From the sequence record SRR20825006_915: a DNA stretch of 56,531 nucleotides. One strand, 5' to 3'. The notes beneath the pieces are model-generated. The model saw nothing but the letters and a program-made list of their open reading frames with translations, searched no databases and was not told where the DNA came from. Below, piece after piece: positions 45,911 through 54,792 of this stretch (position 1 is the stretch's first letter; every line of letters begins with the position of its first letter). A program made the position numbers and the translations under genes.

Positions 45911-47218
45911 ATGACCAAAGAAAACAATGTCGGGGTAACCAAGCCTTCCTCTAAAGGGCTTTTTGCATGGGCTTTATATGATTGGGCAAACAGTTCTTAT
46001 TTTGTAATTATACAAACCTTTATTTTTGCAGCTTACTTTACTAAAGCCATTGCCGCTAATGTAGAAATTGGCACCGCTCAATGGGGGAATATGATAAGCT
46101 TAGCTGGTATTGTCATTGCCATTGGTGCCCCAATTTTTGGGGCAATTGCCGATCAAGCGGGAAGGAGAAAACCATGGATTGCATCCTTCACAGTTATTTG
46201 TATCGTTGCCTGTGCGTTACTTTGGTACGCTAAGCCAGGTATCGATTCTGTTTGGTTCGCGCTTTCTATGGGGTTTTTAGCCACTATTGGAGCCGAATTC
46301 GCTTTTATGTTTTATAGCGCTATGCTTCCCGATTTAGTGCCTCCAGAGAAACTTGGCCGATGGAGCGGCTGGGGGTGGGGACTTGGCTATGCTGGCGGCC
46401 TAGCTTGCTTGTTAGTTGCACTGTTCGCATTCATTCAAACAGACGGATTATGGCTCGGTTTAGATAAAGCCTCCTCTGAGCCCGTTCGCGCTACCTTTCT
46501 TCTTACTGCCGTTTGGTATGCGTTATTTAGTCTTCCTTTATTCTTTATGACTAAAGACACACCATCCACAAAAAAGTCAATTCCCTCATCAGTTAAACAT
46601 GGCTTTGCTCAAATTAGAGACTCAATAAAGCATGTCCGTAAGCTAAAGAACATCGTCCGGTTTTTAATAGCGCGGATGTTTTATAACGACGGAATTGTAA
46701 CTATTTTCGCACTTGGAGGTGTTTACGCAGCTGGTACTTTCGATATGGATGAGGAACAGATTCTAATGTTTGGTATAGGACTTAATATTACCGCGGGGCT
46801 TGGTGCATTTGCATTTGCGTGGCTCGATGATATTTCTGGCAGTAAATTTACTATCATCCTTTCAATCATTGGACTCTTATTGCCATTAGTTGCTTTAATT
46901 ATTGTTAAAAGTATATTATGGTTTATTATTTGGGGTCTATTCTTGGGTATTTTTGTAGGCCCAATTCAAGCGGCCAGCCGATCTTTTATGGGTAGGCTTT
47001 CTCCACCAGAATTAACAAACCAAATGTTTGGTTTGCTCGCCCTTTCTGGAAAAGTAACTTCCTTTATCGGTCCATTTTTAGTTGGATTTTTCACCCTCAG
47101 GTTTGGCAGCCAGCGCATAGGTATGTCGGCCATCCTGATTATGCTCGTTATAGGATTAGTTCTTATGTTTACCGTCAAAGAAGAAACAGCTCCTTATATT
47201 GAACCCACTGAAGAATAA
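45911..47218 (+). CDS. MFS transporter (UMF1/ATG22-like)
   Basis: WALYDWANS, GAIADQAGRRK, SGWGWGLGYAGG and QAASRS motifs. Confidence 0.85.
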   Translation: MTKENNVGVTKPSSKGLFAWALYDWANSSYFVIIQTFIFAAYFTKAIAANVEIGTAQWGNMISLAGIVIAIGAPIFGAIADQAGRRKPWIASFTVICIVACALLWYAKPGIDSVWFALSMGFLATIGAEFAFMFYSAMLPDLVPPEKLGRWSGWGWGLGYAGGLACLLVALFAFIQTDGLWLGLDKASSEPVRATFLLTAVWYALFSLPLFFMTKDTPSTKKSIPSSVKHGFAQIRDSIKHVRKLKNIVRFLIARMFYNDGIVTIFALGGVYAAGTFDMDEEQILMFGIGLNITAGLGAFAFAWLDDISGSKFTIILSIIGLLLPLVALIIVKSILWFIIWGLFLGIFVGPIQAASRSFMGRLSPPELTNQMFGLLALSGKVTSFIGPFLVGFFTLRFGSQRIGMSAILIMLVIGLVLMFTVKEETAPYIEPTEE

Positions 47219-47224
47219 ACTGCT

Positions 47225-47704
47225 ATGAATCTAGCTCCAGAGACAAGGATTAATAAAAAAGCCATTAAAGCGTGGAAAATTACCGCTTCCATTTATGGCT
47301 TGGTTTGGTTCATCGCACCCGCGCTTGTGATTTTCGTATCCTATATGGAGTCACTTGGATCAGTCATCATCATCTCAACTACTGTGCCCGCAATAATCCT
47401 GTATATAATAACTGTATTTGTTTTTCCTCCTTTGCGTTGGAAAAGATGGAAATATGATCTTACAGAGAACGAAATTGATCTACAACGCGGTTTTATTATC
47501 CAGAAAAGAACCATTGTTCCTATAAATAGGATTCAACATGTTGATACAAGCCAAGGGCCTATTTATAGAAAACTGGGACTTTCTTCAGTTAAAGTATCTA
47601 CGGCCGCTACCACGCACGAAATCCCAGCACTGGATGATGAAACTGCAATGGAAGTTCGAAATAAAATCTCCCAATTAGTTAGAAAAGTACGGGAAGATGT
47701 CTGA
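47225..47704 (+). CDS. YdbS-like bacterial PH-domain membrane protein
   Basis: Two TM helices, then RWKY...VPINRIQHVDTSQGP...IPAL. Confidence 0.85.
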   Translation: MNLAPETRINKKAIKAWKITASIYGLVWFIAPALVIFVSYMESLGSVIIISTTVPAIILYIITVFVFPPLRWKRWKYDLTENEIDLQRGFIIQKRTIVPINRIQHVDTSQGPIYRKLGLSSVKVSTAATTHEIPALDDETAMEVRNKISQLVRKVREDV

Positions 47705-49139
47705 GTTTAAGAGGCAACATCCAGCAGCAGCAGTTGACCAACTCTTTACCCTCCTAAGGAAAAACATTATTACGTTTGTTGTGCTATTCTTTTTGGGCAC
47801 CCGTGGTGACGATAACCGTATTTTTTTCTATGTTTTTATAAGCACTTTTATATTAAGCCTAGCTACAGGATTCTTTAGCTGGTGGAGATTTCGATATCGA
47901 ATTAATGGCGATGAACTTCAAATTCAGAAAGGCATTATAGTCCGTAAACATCTATATCTCTCTAAAGATAGGATTCAGGTAATTGATGTAACCGAAGGGA
48001 TTGTACAACGCGTTTTTGGTTTGGTAAAAGTTGAAGTTAAAACGGCTGGTAGTGGAACCGAAAGTGCAACTATACATGCTATCTCAAAGTCTGAGGCAAA
48101 CCACTTAATTAGCGAGTTGCGTGCCCCTACAAATGCTGCAGTGTCAGAATCAGTAATTGCTGATGAAAATCTGAATCAGAGTTTAGATACCAGCTCTGTC
48201 CTCGACTCTTGGCAAATATCTAAAAAAGATTTAATGATGGCTGGTTTTACTTCTGGTAACTTTGGGCTTATTGCTTCCATCCTTGGGGCAACTTCTGGCC
48301 AACTCGACTCTTTTATTAACGAAGAGAATCTTGACTATCTATTAAACCACCTTCCTGGGCTAAACAACGTAACACTCATTATTGCAATTGCGGTTCTTAT
48401 ATTAGTGATATCTTGGTCACTTTCATTTCTAGGTGTAGTTCTTAAATATTCAGACTTCAAGGTTGAGAAAACAGATAAAGAGTTAATTCTTACTTCAGGT
48501 TTAATTGAAAAAAAACACATCACAATTCCTTTTAATAGGATTCAGGCAATTCGATTCGTAGAAGGAGTTCTTCGCCAACCCCTTGGTTACGGAATGCTTT
48601 ATGTTGAAAGTGCAGGGTTTGAGGTGAAGGAAAATGAAAAGTCGATAATGCTCGTCCCTTATATCTCCAAAAAAGAGGTTAGTATATTCTTTGGACGCTT
48701 CCTAAGTGAGTATCATCATCATGAGTTGGATATAAAGCCACCAAACCGCGCGCTTGTTAAATTCTTACGCCGCCCAAATTACTTATTAATTCTAGCCCTT
48801 CCATTTTCTTGGTATGCTTTTGATTACGGTTGGAGCATTGTATTCCTCTCCCCTCTTCTAACTTATTTAGGCTGGCTTCAATTTAGAGACACTGGAATTT
48901 CAACGCACAATGGATTGATAACTTTACGCTATAGGACACTTGCTCGAGTTACCGCTTTTATAAAACGAAATAGAGTCCAGGTTGTCGATCGACAAATTAA
49001 TCCACTACAAGCTCGTAAAAACCTTGCAAGTATTACTGTTACAGCAGCCTCAGGGGCAAAGGGTATTCCTTTTAAAGTCAAAGATCTTGATTTAGCCGAT
49101 ATTCAAACCACGTTAGGTTGGATACTAAACAAAACTTAG
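47697..49139 (+). CDS. YdbT-like membrane protein with three bPH domains
   Basis: RIQVIDV..GIVQR, IPFNRIQAI and RVQVV repeats. It overlaps the ydbS-like stop. Confidence 0.85.
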   Translation: MSEFKRQHPAAAVDQLFTLLRKNIITFVVLFFLGTRGDDNRIFFYVFISTFILSLATGFFSWWRFRYRINGDELQIQKGIIVRKHLYLSKDRIQVIDVTEGIVQRVFGLVKVEVKTAGSGTESATIHAISKSEANHLISELRAPTNAAVSESVIADENLNQSLDTSSVLDSWQISKKDLMMAGFTSGNFGLIASILGATSGQLDSFINEENLDYLLNHLPGLNNVTLIIAIAVLILVISWSLSFLGVVLKYSDFKVEKTDKELILTSGLIEKKHITIPFNRIQAIRFVEGVLRQPLGYGMLYVESAGFEVKENEKSIMLVPYISKKEVSIFFGRFLSEYHHHELDIKPPNRALVKFLRRPNYLLILALPFSWYAFDYGWSIVFLSPLLTYLGWLQFRDTGISTHNGLITLRYRTLARVTAFIKRNRVQVVDRQINPLQARKNLASITVTAASGAKGIPFKVKDLDLADIQTTLGWILNKT

Positions 49140-49531
49140 TGTAACTCTAACGGTTTTTCTTTTATAAATACCTTTAGACCAAGAGCATTTCTAGCAACCG
49201 CTTGTAACTCATCCAGCATAAAAGGTTTTGTAATAATATAACTTTCTTCCTCTAGTAGGTTTACGTTAGCAGTACTATTAAAACTGGTAGCTATAAAAAC
49301 CATTTTCGAAGTTGTAGTACTTCTAATAGAATCGATGAGACCTTTACTATCATCTCCACTCATGTTCAAACCCAAAAATATTAAATCTGGATTATGCTTT
49401 TTTGCAAGAACTAGAGCTTTGCTTTCATTATTGGCAACGCCAACAGTATTGAAACCAAGCTTAGCGGCCATTTTCTCGAGTATCATAGAAAGAATATAAC
49501 TCTCTTCAACAATAAGTAATGTATTAGACAT
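49136..49531 (-). CDS. Stand-alone receiver-domain protein lacking the phospho-acceptor Asp
   Basis: Receiver pattern LLIVEES...PDLIFLGLNM...FIAT...YIITKPF, with Gly at the Asp position. Confidence 0.75.
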   Translation of the reverse strand: MSNTLLIVEESYILSMILEKMAAKLGFNTVGVANNESKALVLAKKHNPDLIFLGLNMSGDDSKGLIDSIRSTTTSKMVFIATSFNSTANVNLLEEESYIITKPFMLDELQAVARNALGLKVFIKEKPLELH

Positions 49532-49615
49532 AATAGGATAGAATTTGTGTTCTATCCTTATTACGAAAACAATATTTAATCGGATTGAATATTTATTTAT
49601 TCTGATGACTCTATC

Positions 49616-50437
49616 TTATCCAAGCGCTACATCTAGAACCATCATCACAGCAAAACCAACCATTGTTCCAAGAGTTGCAATATCAGTATTCCCATGCTGT
49701 TGGCTTTCTGGAATTAGCTCTTCTACAACAACATATATCATGGCACCAGCTGCGAAGGCCAATGCATAAGGTAACATAGGCTGAATAAAAATTACTGCCG
49801 CTGCACCAATTACTGCTGAAACAGGCTCAACTATGCCCGATAATTGGCCGTACCAAAAACTTTTCCCTCTGCTCATTCCTTCCCTTCTCAATGGCATAGA
49901 TACAGCTAATCCTTCTGGGAAATTCTGTATTCCAATTCCAATAGCCAAGGCAATTGCTGCTGCAACAGTCGCTGTACCTGTAGGATCAACGCCAGACGCA
50001 GCAGCACCAAACAGAACACCAACAGCAAGTCCTTCTGGAATATTATGTAATGTTATCGCTAGAACTAAGAGTGTGGAACGTCGCCAGCTTGTCGGCACTC
50101 CTTCAGCCTCAGACAAACCAGGATGTAAATGCGGCAAAAAGTGATCACAAACTCGTAAAAACAGCCCGCCCCCTAAAAATCCAATTACTGCAGGAAGCCA
50201 AGAAAGCACTCCCTGAGCTTCAGCCATATCAATGGATGGGATTAAAAGCGACCACACACTCGCGGCAATCATAACACCTGCCGCAAATCCCATCATACTA
50301 TCAAGCATGGTGTAGTTAACTTTTTTAGTGAAGAATACTAGAGCCGCACCTAATGCTGTAACTCCCCACGTGAATAAACCGCCACTCAAAGCTTGTGCAA
50401 TTGGGCCCAAATCATAAAACCAAGTTGGTAGAAACAT
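49616..50437 (-). CDS. ZIP-family (ZupT/GufA-like) metal transporter
   Basis: [28 protein letters not shown] and EELIPE motifs. Confidence 0.9.
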   Translation of the reverse strand: MFLPTWFYDLGPIAQALSGGLFTWGVTALGAALVFFTKKVNYTMLDSMMGFAAGVMIAASVWSLLIPSIDMAEAQGVLSWLPAVIGFLGGGLFLRVCDHFLPHLHPGLSEAEGVPTSWRRSTLLVLAITLHNIPEGLAVGVLFGAAASGVDPTGTATVAAAIALAIGIGIQNFPEGLAVSMPLRREGMSRGKSFWYGQLSGIVEPVSAVIGAAAVIFIQPMLPYALAFAAGAMIYVVVEELIPESQQHGNTDIATLGTMVGFAVMMVLDVALG

Positions 50438-50475
50438 ATTACTTTGTGTATTATTTTTAACTTAAACTTAATAAA

Positions 50476-50498
50476 AAATTAGCTAAGACTAAACATTT
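50476..50498. promoter_or_regulatory. DtxR/MntR-family-like operator
   Basis: AAA-TTAG-CTAAGA-CTAA-ACATTT (TTAG-N6-CTAA palindrome), about 40 bp upstream of the ZIP start. Confidence 0.55.
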
Positions 50499-50587
50499 AT
50501 AATGTTATTATAAAATGATCGTTTATAAAACTATTGTTTTATTTGCGTTAACTTAATCCTATTACCTAGTTAAGTAGTTATAGATTA

Positions 50588-51313
50588 ATGAGTGAGCTAT
50601 TGGAAGTTTTTGAAAAACCGTTGAAAGAAGGTGCCGTAAGGATACTTATTAATATTAAGCAGGTTAAAACTAGTCTACTTAACAAGGCTCCCGATTTTCT
50701 TACTCCAGAAGAAGACCAGCCAAGGCTTCTGATAACTGTTAGTAATGAAGATATACTAGATGCCATTGATATAGCTGACGTTTTACTTTCTAAAGTTAAT
50801 AGTAGACCGGGAAGCGAGGAACTTATCTTTTCTATTGAAGAGCAATCTGTTTGGTTTGATATTGATATGGCACAAGTTAGTGCCGTATGGGCCGCAGATT
50901 TTGAATTTTTTATTGAAAGCAAATTCCCTTCTTATTTAGAATATACTATCCAAGAGTTAGATCACAGCTTAGAATGGCTACAGACCGATGCTAAAACAGA
51001 AAAAATAACTTCTGTAAGTGTTACTAATAAGTCCTTTAAACCCAAGACTATTACTCAGGAGCAAAGTTATACCATTGAGGACATTGAACGTTGCGCTGAT
51101 ATGTTGGGGCGGTCTATTAAAAAAATCGACTTACGTACAGGATCTGCTTTTGTCCGTTTCAATACTGATAATGATAGATTAGAACCCGTTATTGTGGGTA
51201 TGGCATCAAAATTAGGTTACGAACTTACAGCCGTTGATACAAAAATGGCTCGGAACCTTGAAAAAAAAGGTAACCGAGCCACTCATATTATATCATTGCT
51301 TCGGAGTTATTAA
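50588..51313 (+). CDS. Hypothetical cytoplasmic protein
   Basis: A 241-aa ORF filling the gap between flanking genes. No recognised motif. Confidence 0.65.
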   Translation: MSELLEVFEKPLKEGAVRILINIKQVKTSLLNKAPDFLTPEEDQPRLLITVSNEDILDAIDIADVLLSKVNSRPGSEELIFSIEEQSVWFDIDMAQVSAVWAADFEFFIESKFPSYLEYTIQELDHSLEWLQTDAKTEKITSVSVTNKSFKPKTITQEQSYTIEDIERCADMLGRSIKKIDLRTGSAFVRFNTDNDRLEPVIVGMASKLGYELTAVDTKMARNLEKKGNRATHIISLLRSY

Positions 51314-52431
51314 TTCTGTTTCCAGAAGATAATTCCACCAGCTTGTTTTCCTGTTTCTACAACAGCAACTCTTTTTAAGCTTTCTAGGTCTATTATATCA
51401 ACAGACCCCGGCTCACCTGCAACTCCCTCAACCGACATAAACGCAAATTTACTGTCGTTTGATATAGCTACACCATGTGTAATTCTCCTGCTATTCTCAA
51501 TTCTTGCAAGTTCTTTACCTGTTTCTAAGTTCCATACACCACTTTTTGCTTCACCTTTATAGCTTACTACTAATAGTTTGCCATTTGGTGAAACCTCTAG
51601 GTTATATGGAGCTTTGCCAGATTTAAAACGCTTGGTTATAGCCCAAGAATTAGTATTGACTTCAAGAATTTCGTTGGAGCCATTACCCGCTATGTAAACA
51701 AGAGGTTTACTTGGATGCGGATCTGCCCAAGTTGGTTTTACAATGGTTTTATGCATCGTCATACCTTCAGACATCTCATGATTCATCCCCGACATATCAT
51801 GCCCAGAATGATCTGCCATTTTTGGTTTTTCAGCTGCACCTTCAACCAAATCCAACCTACGCTGAACTTCCATTGTAATAGTATTTATTACAATCAGTTC
51901 ATCGGTCATCATAGAAACATGATATTGCCATTTCCCATCAGAGCTAATCCGAGAGCCATGTGGCATAATGCCTGTTGGAATTTCAGTAATTGTCTCCATC
52001 AATTCAGGATCCACAACAGATACAGTACTAGGTACCATGTCACCATGTAAATTAAAATTAACGATATACAAGAAACCTGTTATCGAAGAAACTTCCATAC
52101 TAGCAGGAAACATCCCAAGAGGTGCTTCTGCAATAAGCTCACCTGTTTCTGCGTCAAGCTTTTGGAGGAAACCATACGGGATTCCATGTGCAATTGACAC
52201 ATACACATACTTACCATCTGGAGAAACATTTATCCCGTGTGGACCTTCATTCTCTGCTGGATAACGACCAACTTCGATTGTTTTGGCCAACTCACCCATG
52301 CCCGTTTGGGCATTAAAGTGAATGAGATGGATTTGATCATCAGACTCGGCAGTTACATAAACATAGTAGTCTTGTGATTTTGCGACAACCGGAATGATGA
52401 ATAGTAATAATAGTGTGAAGAGTTTCTTCAT
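51310..52431 (-). CDS. Exported YncE/YVTN-type beta-propeller with His/Met-rich loop
   Basis: Signal peptide. GPHG, MPHG and ITHG blades, SPDGK repeats, and loop MADHSGHDMSGMNHEMSEGMTMH. Confidence 0.8.
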   Translation of the reverse strand: MKKLFTLLLLFIIPVVAKSQDYYVYVTAESDDQIHLIHFNAQTGMGELAKTIEVGRYPAENEGPHGINVSPDGKYVYVSIAHGIPYGFLQKLDAETGELIAEAPLGMFPASMEVSSITGFLYIVNFNLHGDMVPSTVSVVDPELMETITEIPTGIMPHGSRISSDGKWQYHVSMMTDELIVINTITMEVQRRLDLVEGAAEKPKMADHSGHDMSGMNHEMSEGMTMHKTIVKPTWADPHPSKPLVYIAGNGSNEILEVNTNSWAITKRFKSGKAPYNLEVSPNGKLLVVSYKGEAKSGVWNLETGKELARIENSRRITHGVAISNDSKFAFMSVEGVAGEPGSVDIIDLESLKRVAVVETGKQAGGIIFWKQN

Positions 52432-52445
52432 TATTCTATATAGTT

Positions 52446-54449
52446 TTAATTAGTTCCAGTTACTGGTTTATCAACTAACTTAATTGCCCAAAGGCCTGAG
52501 TTCCAATCTGAAATAAAGATGTGGCCTTTGTAAGGCTGAGGACCCCAAGTAAAGGGTGCATTAGGAACAATTGCATCAGGATCATTAGGTTCGAACCTAG
52601 CAATTTCTCTGCCTTGATCGTATAAATTACCCATCAATTCGCCGGAAATATCAACAATCCTTACACCTGCGTTATAATAAGCAACAAACATAATGTCATC
52701 TACAATCCAAAAGTTATGGGTTCCAGCTTCAGGAACTTGGTAACGAGCAACTTCATCGGGAGAATCCCAACCATCAAATTTAACAAAGTGGATCCAACCA
52801 CGCGCACCAACTGGGTTTGTTCTAGAAGGTAGACCAAATGGGAAAGATTCATCACCAGCAGCAATATAGAAGTCGCCAGTTGATTTACTTTTGAATGGAA
52901 ACGCAGCATGATTCCAGCCACTTGGGTAAGAATAGCTACCAAGTTGCACTGGATTTTCTGGTGATCCACCAGCACCTGGCATATCAGCGCTTGTGTTGCT
53001 TCCGATATCTACCGCAACAACACCATCACTCCAGTTAGATGAATACGCAATACCGTCTTCAATCCAAACATCATGAATAGAATGCCCTTCAGTTTCCAAT
53101 TCAAAGCGACTAACTGTTTTTGGGTTTTTTGGGTCATCGATATTTATAATATCATAACGACGACCATTATTCACAGCATACACATGGTTTTTGTAGATGA
53201 ATGCATTATGAACACCACCAGTTAAGCCTTCGTTATACTCTGATAATACTGTTACGTTTCTTGGATTTGATACATCCAAAAGCACAATCCCGTTCTTACG
53301 ATCTGATGCACCTTCACGAGTTAAAACAGCAACTCTTCCATCTTCCGATACTTTCACATCATTTACAGTTCTAGCATCAACATGAACGGTATCTATTCCT
53401 ACAATATTTGCTGGATCAGTTACGTCCCAGAAGTATGCATCACCATTAGCACCCCAAGTTCCAGTTACAGCGTAATCACGTCCGTCTACACCTTCCCAAA
53501 TCCAAAGGTCAGAAGTATGAATATCTAATACAGCACCTCTACCAACATACTCAACATCTTTCTCTACATTTCTAGGTTCAACACGAATAATTTGCTCTGC
53601 AAACACTCCTCCTGCTTTTACCATTAATGTAAATAAGCCTGGCTTGTTAGCTACAAACTTTCCATTTTGAGAAACCTGACCAGGAGCTGCGTTTCCTAGA
53701 GCATCATCAGGTTGTGCAACAAAAGAATAAACCAATGGAACATCAGTAAGTTCTGCGCCTTTGCGATCCATAACTTTAGCGTCAAAATTAATCACATCAC
53801 CTGTTCGGGCAACAGTTTTTTTATTGGCAATTTCTACATTTGCAGTAGGATTTTCTTTTACTTCCCCTTTAAAGGTCGCTTTCTTGCTTTCTGACTGTGC
53901 CGTAATTGTAAATTTACCTGTTTTTTTAGCCATCAATTTACCATGCTCAAAAGTAACTACATCGTTATTTGAGCTAGAATATTTTACGTCTGGATTCTCT
54001 CTTACTAGACCAGCTTCATCAGTAATAACAATTTCTAACTCTGATGTAGTCTTGGAGTAAATATTATTTGGTACGCCTTTAATTTCAACTTTTGCGATAG
54101 GCGGGAAAGCCACATTTACTTCAAAACTTGTACGGATACGAGCTTCACGCTCTGCAATATTCATTGCTGTTACACTATATACGCCTGGCTTAACAGCTTT
54201 AATCATTCCTTCTCTTGTTACAGAAAGAGCTTTTCTCGCACGAGTAAAGAACATTACCGTGTCAGGTAACGCTTTTCCATTTGCGTCAACTACAGTTCCT
54301 TTAATTTGTAACTCTTCGCCAACATTTAAATTAATTGGGTTTGGCGAAACAACAATTTTTAGCTCCTGAGCAATTACTTCTGAACTGACAAAAAGTATCC
54401 CAAACAAGGCTAAAAGGGTTAATATTGAACTTTTATTCTTTGTTTTCAT
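52446..54449 (-). CDS. Exported Ig-like (Big_2-type) + LVIVD-repeat beta-propeller protein
   Basis: Signal peptide and YSSSNNDVV Ig domains. Repeated WDVTDP, LDVSNP, INIDDP, VVAVDI and VRIVDI units. Confidence 0.75.
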   Translation of the reverse strand: MKTKNKSSILTLLALFGILFVSSEVIAQELKIVVSPNPINLNVGEELQIKGTVVDANGKALPDTVMFFTRARKALSVTREGMIKAVKPGVYSVTAMNIAEREARIRTSFEVNVAFPPIAKVEIKGVPNNIYSKTTSELEIVITDEAGLVRENPDVKYSSSNNDVVTFEHGKLMAKKTGKFTITAQSESKKATFKGEVKENPTANVEIANKKTVARTGDVINFDAKVMDRKGAELTDVPLVYSFVAQPDDALGNAAPGQVSQNGKFVANKPGLFTLMVKAGGVFAEQIIRVEPRNVEKDVEYVGRGAVLDIHTSDLWIWEGVDGRDYAVTGTWGANGDAYFWDVTDPANIVGIDTVHVDARTVNDVKVSEDGRVAVLTREGASDRKNGIVLLDVSNPRNVTVLSEYNEGLTGGVHNAFIYKNHVYAVNNGRRYDIINIDDPKNPKTVSRFELETEGHSIHDVWIEDGIAYSSNWSDGVVAVDIGSNTSADMPGAGGSPENPVQLGSYSYPSGWNHAAFPFKSKSTGDFYIAAGDESFPFGLPSRTNPVGARGWIHFVKFDGWDSPDEVARYQVPEAGTHNFWIVDDIMFVAYYNAGVRIVDISGELMGNLYDQGREIARFEPNDPDAIVPNAPFTWGPQPYKGHIFISDWNSGLWAIKLVDKPVTGTN

Positions 54450-54792
54450 AGTAGTTGGTTTTTGGTTTTTTATACATTAATTAATACCTCAGCAATAGGT
54501 TATAACACCCCATTCTATTGCTTACAATTATAAGTTATAATCGCTTTCTATCCTCAATTACGAGTAAGCTGATTTAGAAAAATATCTATTAATTTCATCT
54601 TACTTGTTATAACCCTCCAATAAAGCGAAAAAAAATCAGAAACAGAATTTTTGAAACACGATTTTACTCTTATTTAAATTCTATTTTCACTATTTTACTA
54701 AATGTATTTTTAAAATTTTAAAAGCACTTTTTCCACTCGCTTAAGTACTCATCTAACCAAATATACATACTAACCTTTAGGATTAAACTTTG

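Noticed and set aside
54450-54792. Glycine riboswitch upstream of gcvP
   Set aside because: The region is very AT-rich, and I could not find the GGAGA/CCGAAG/CTCTCAGG aptamer cores. Only an 8-bp inverted repeat (AGCAATAG...CTATTGCT, 54491-54522) of unclear meaning is present. An Infernal/Rfam scan would settle it.
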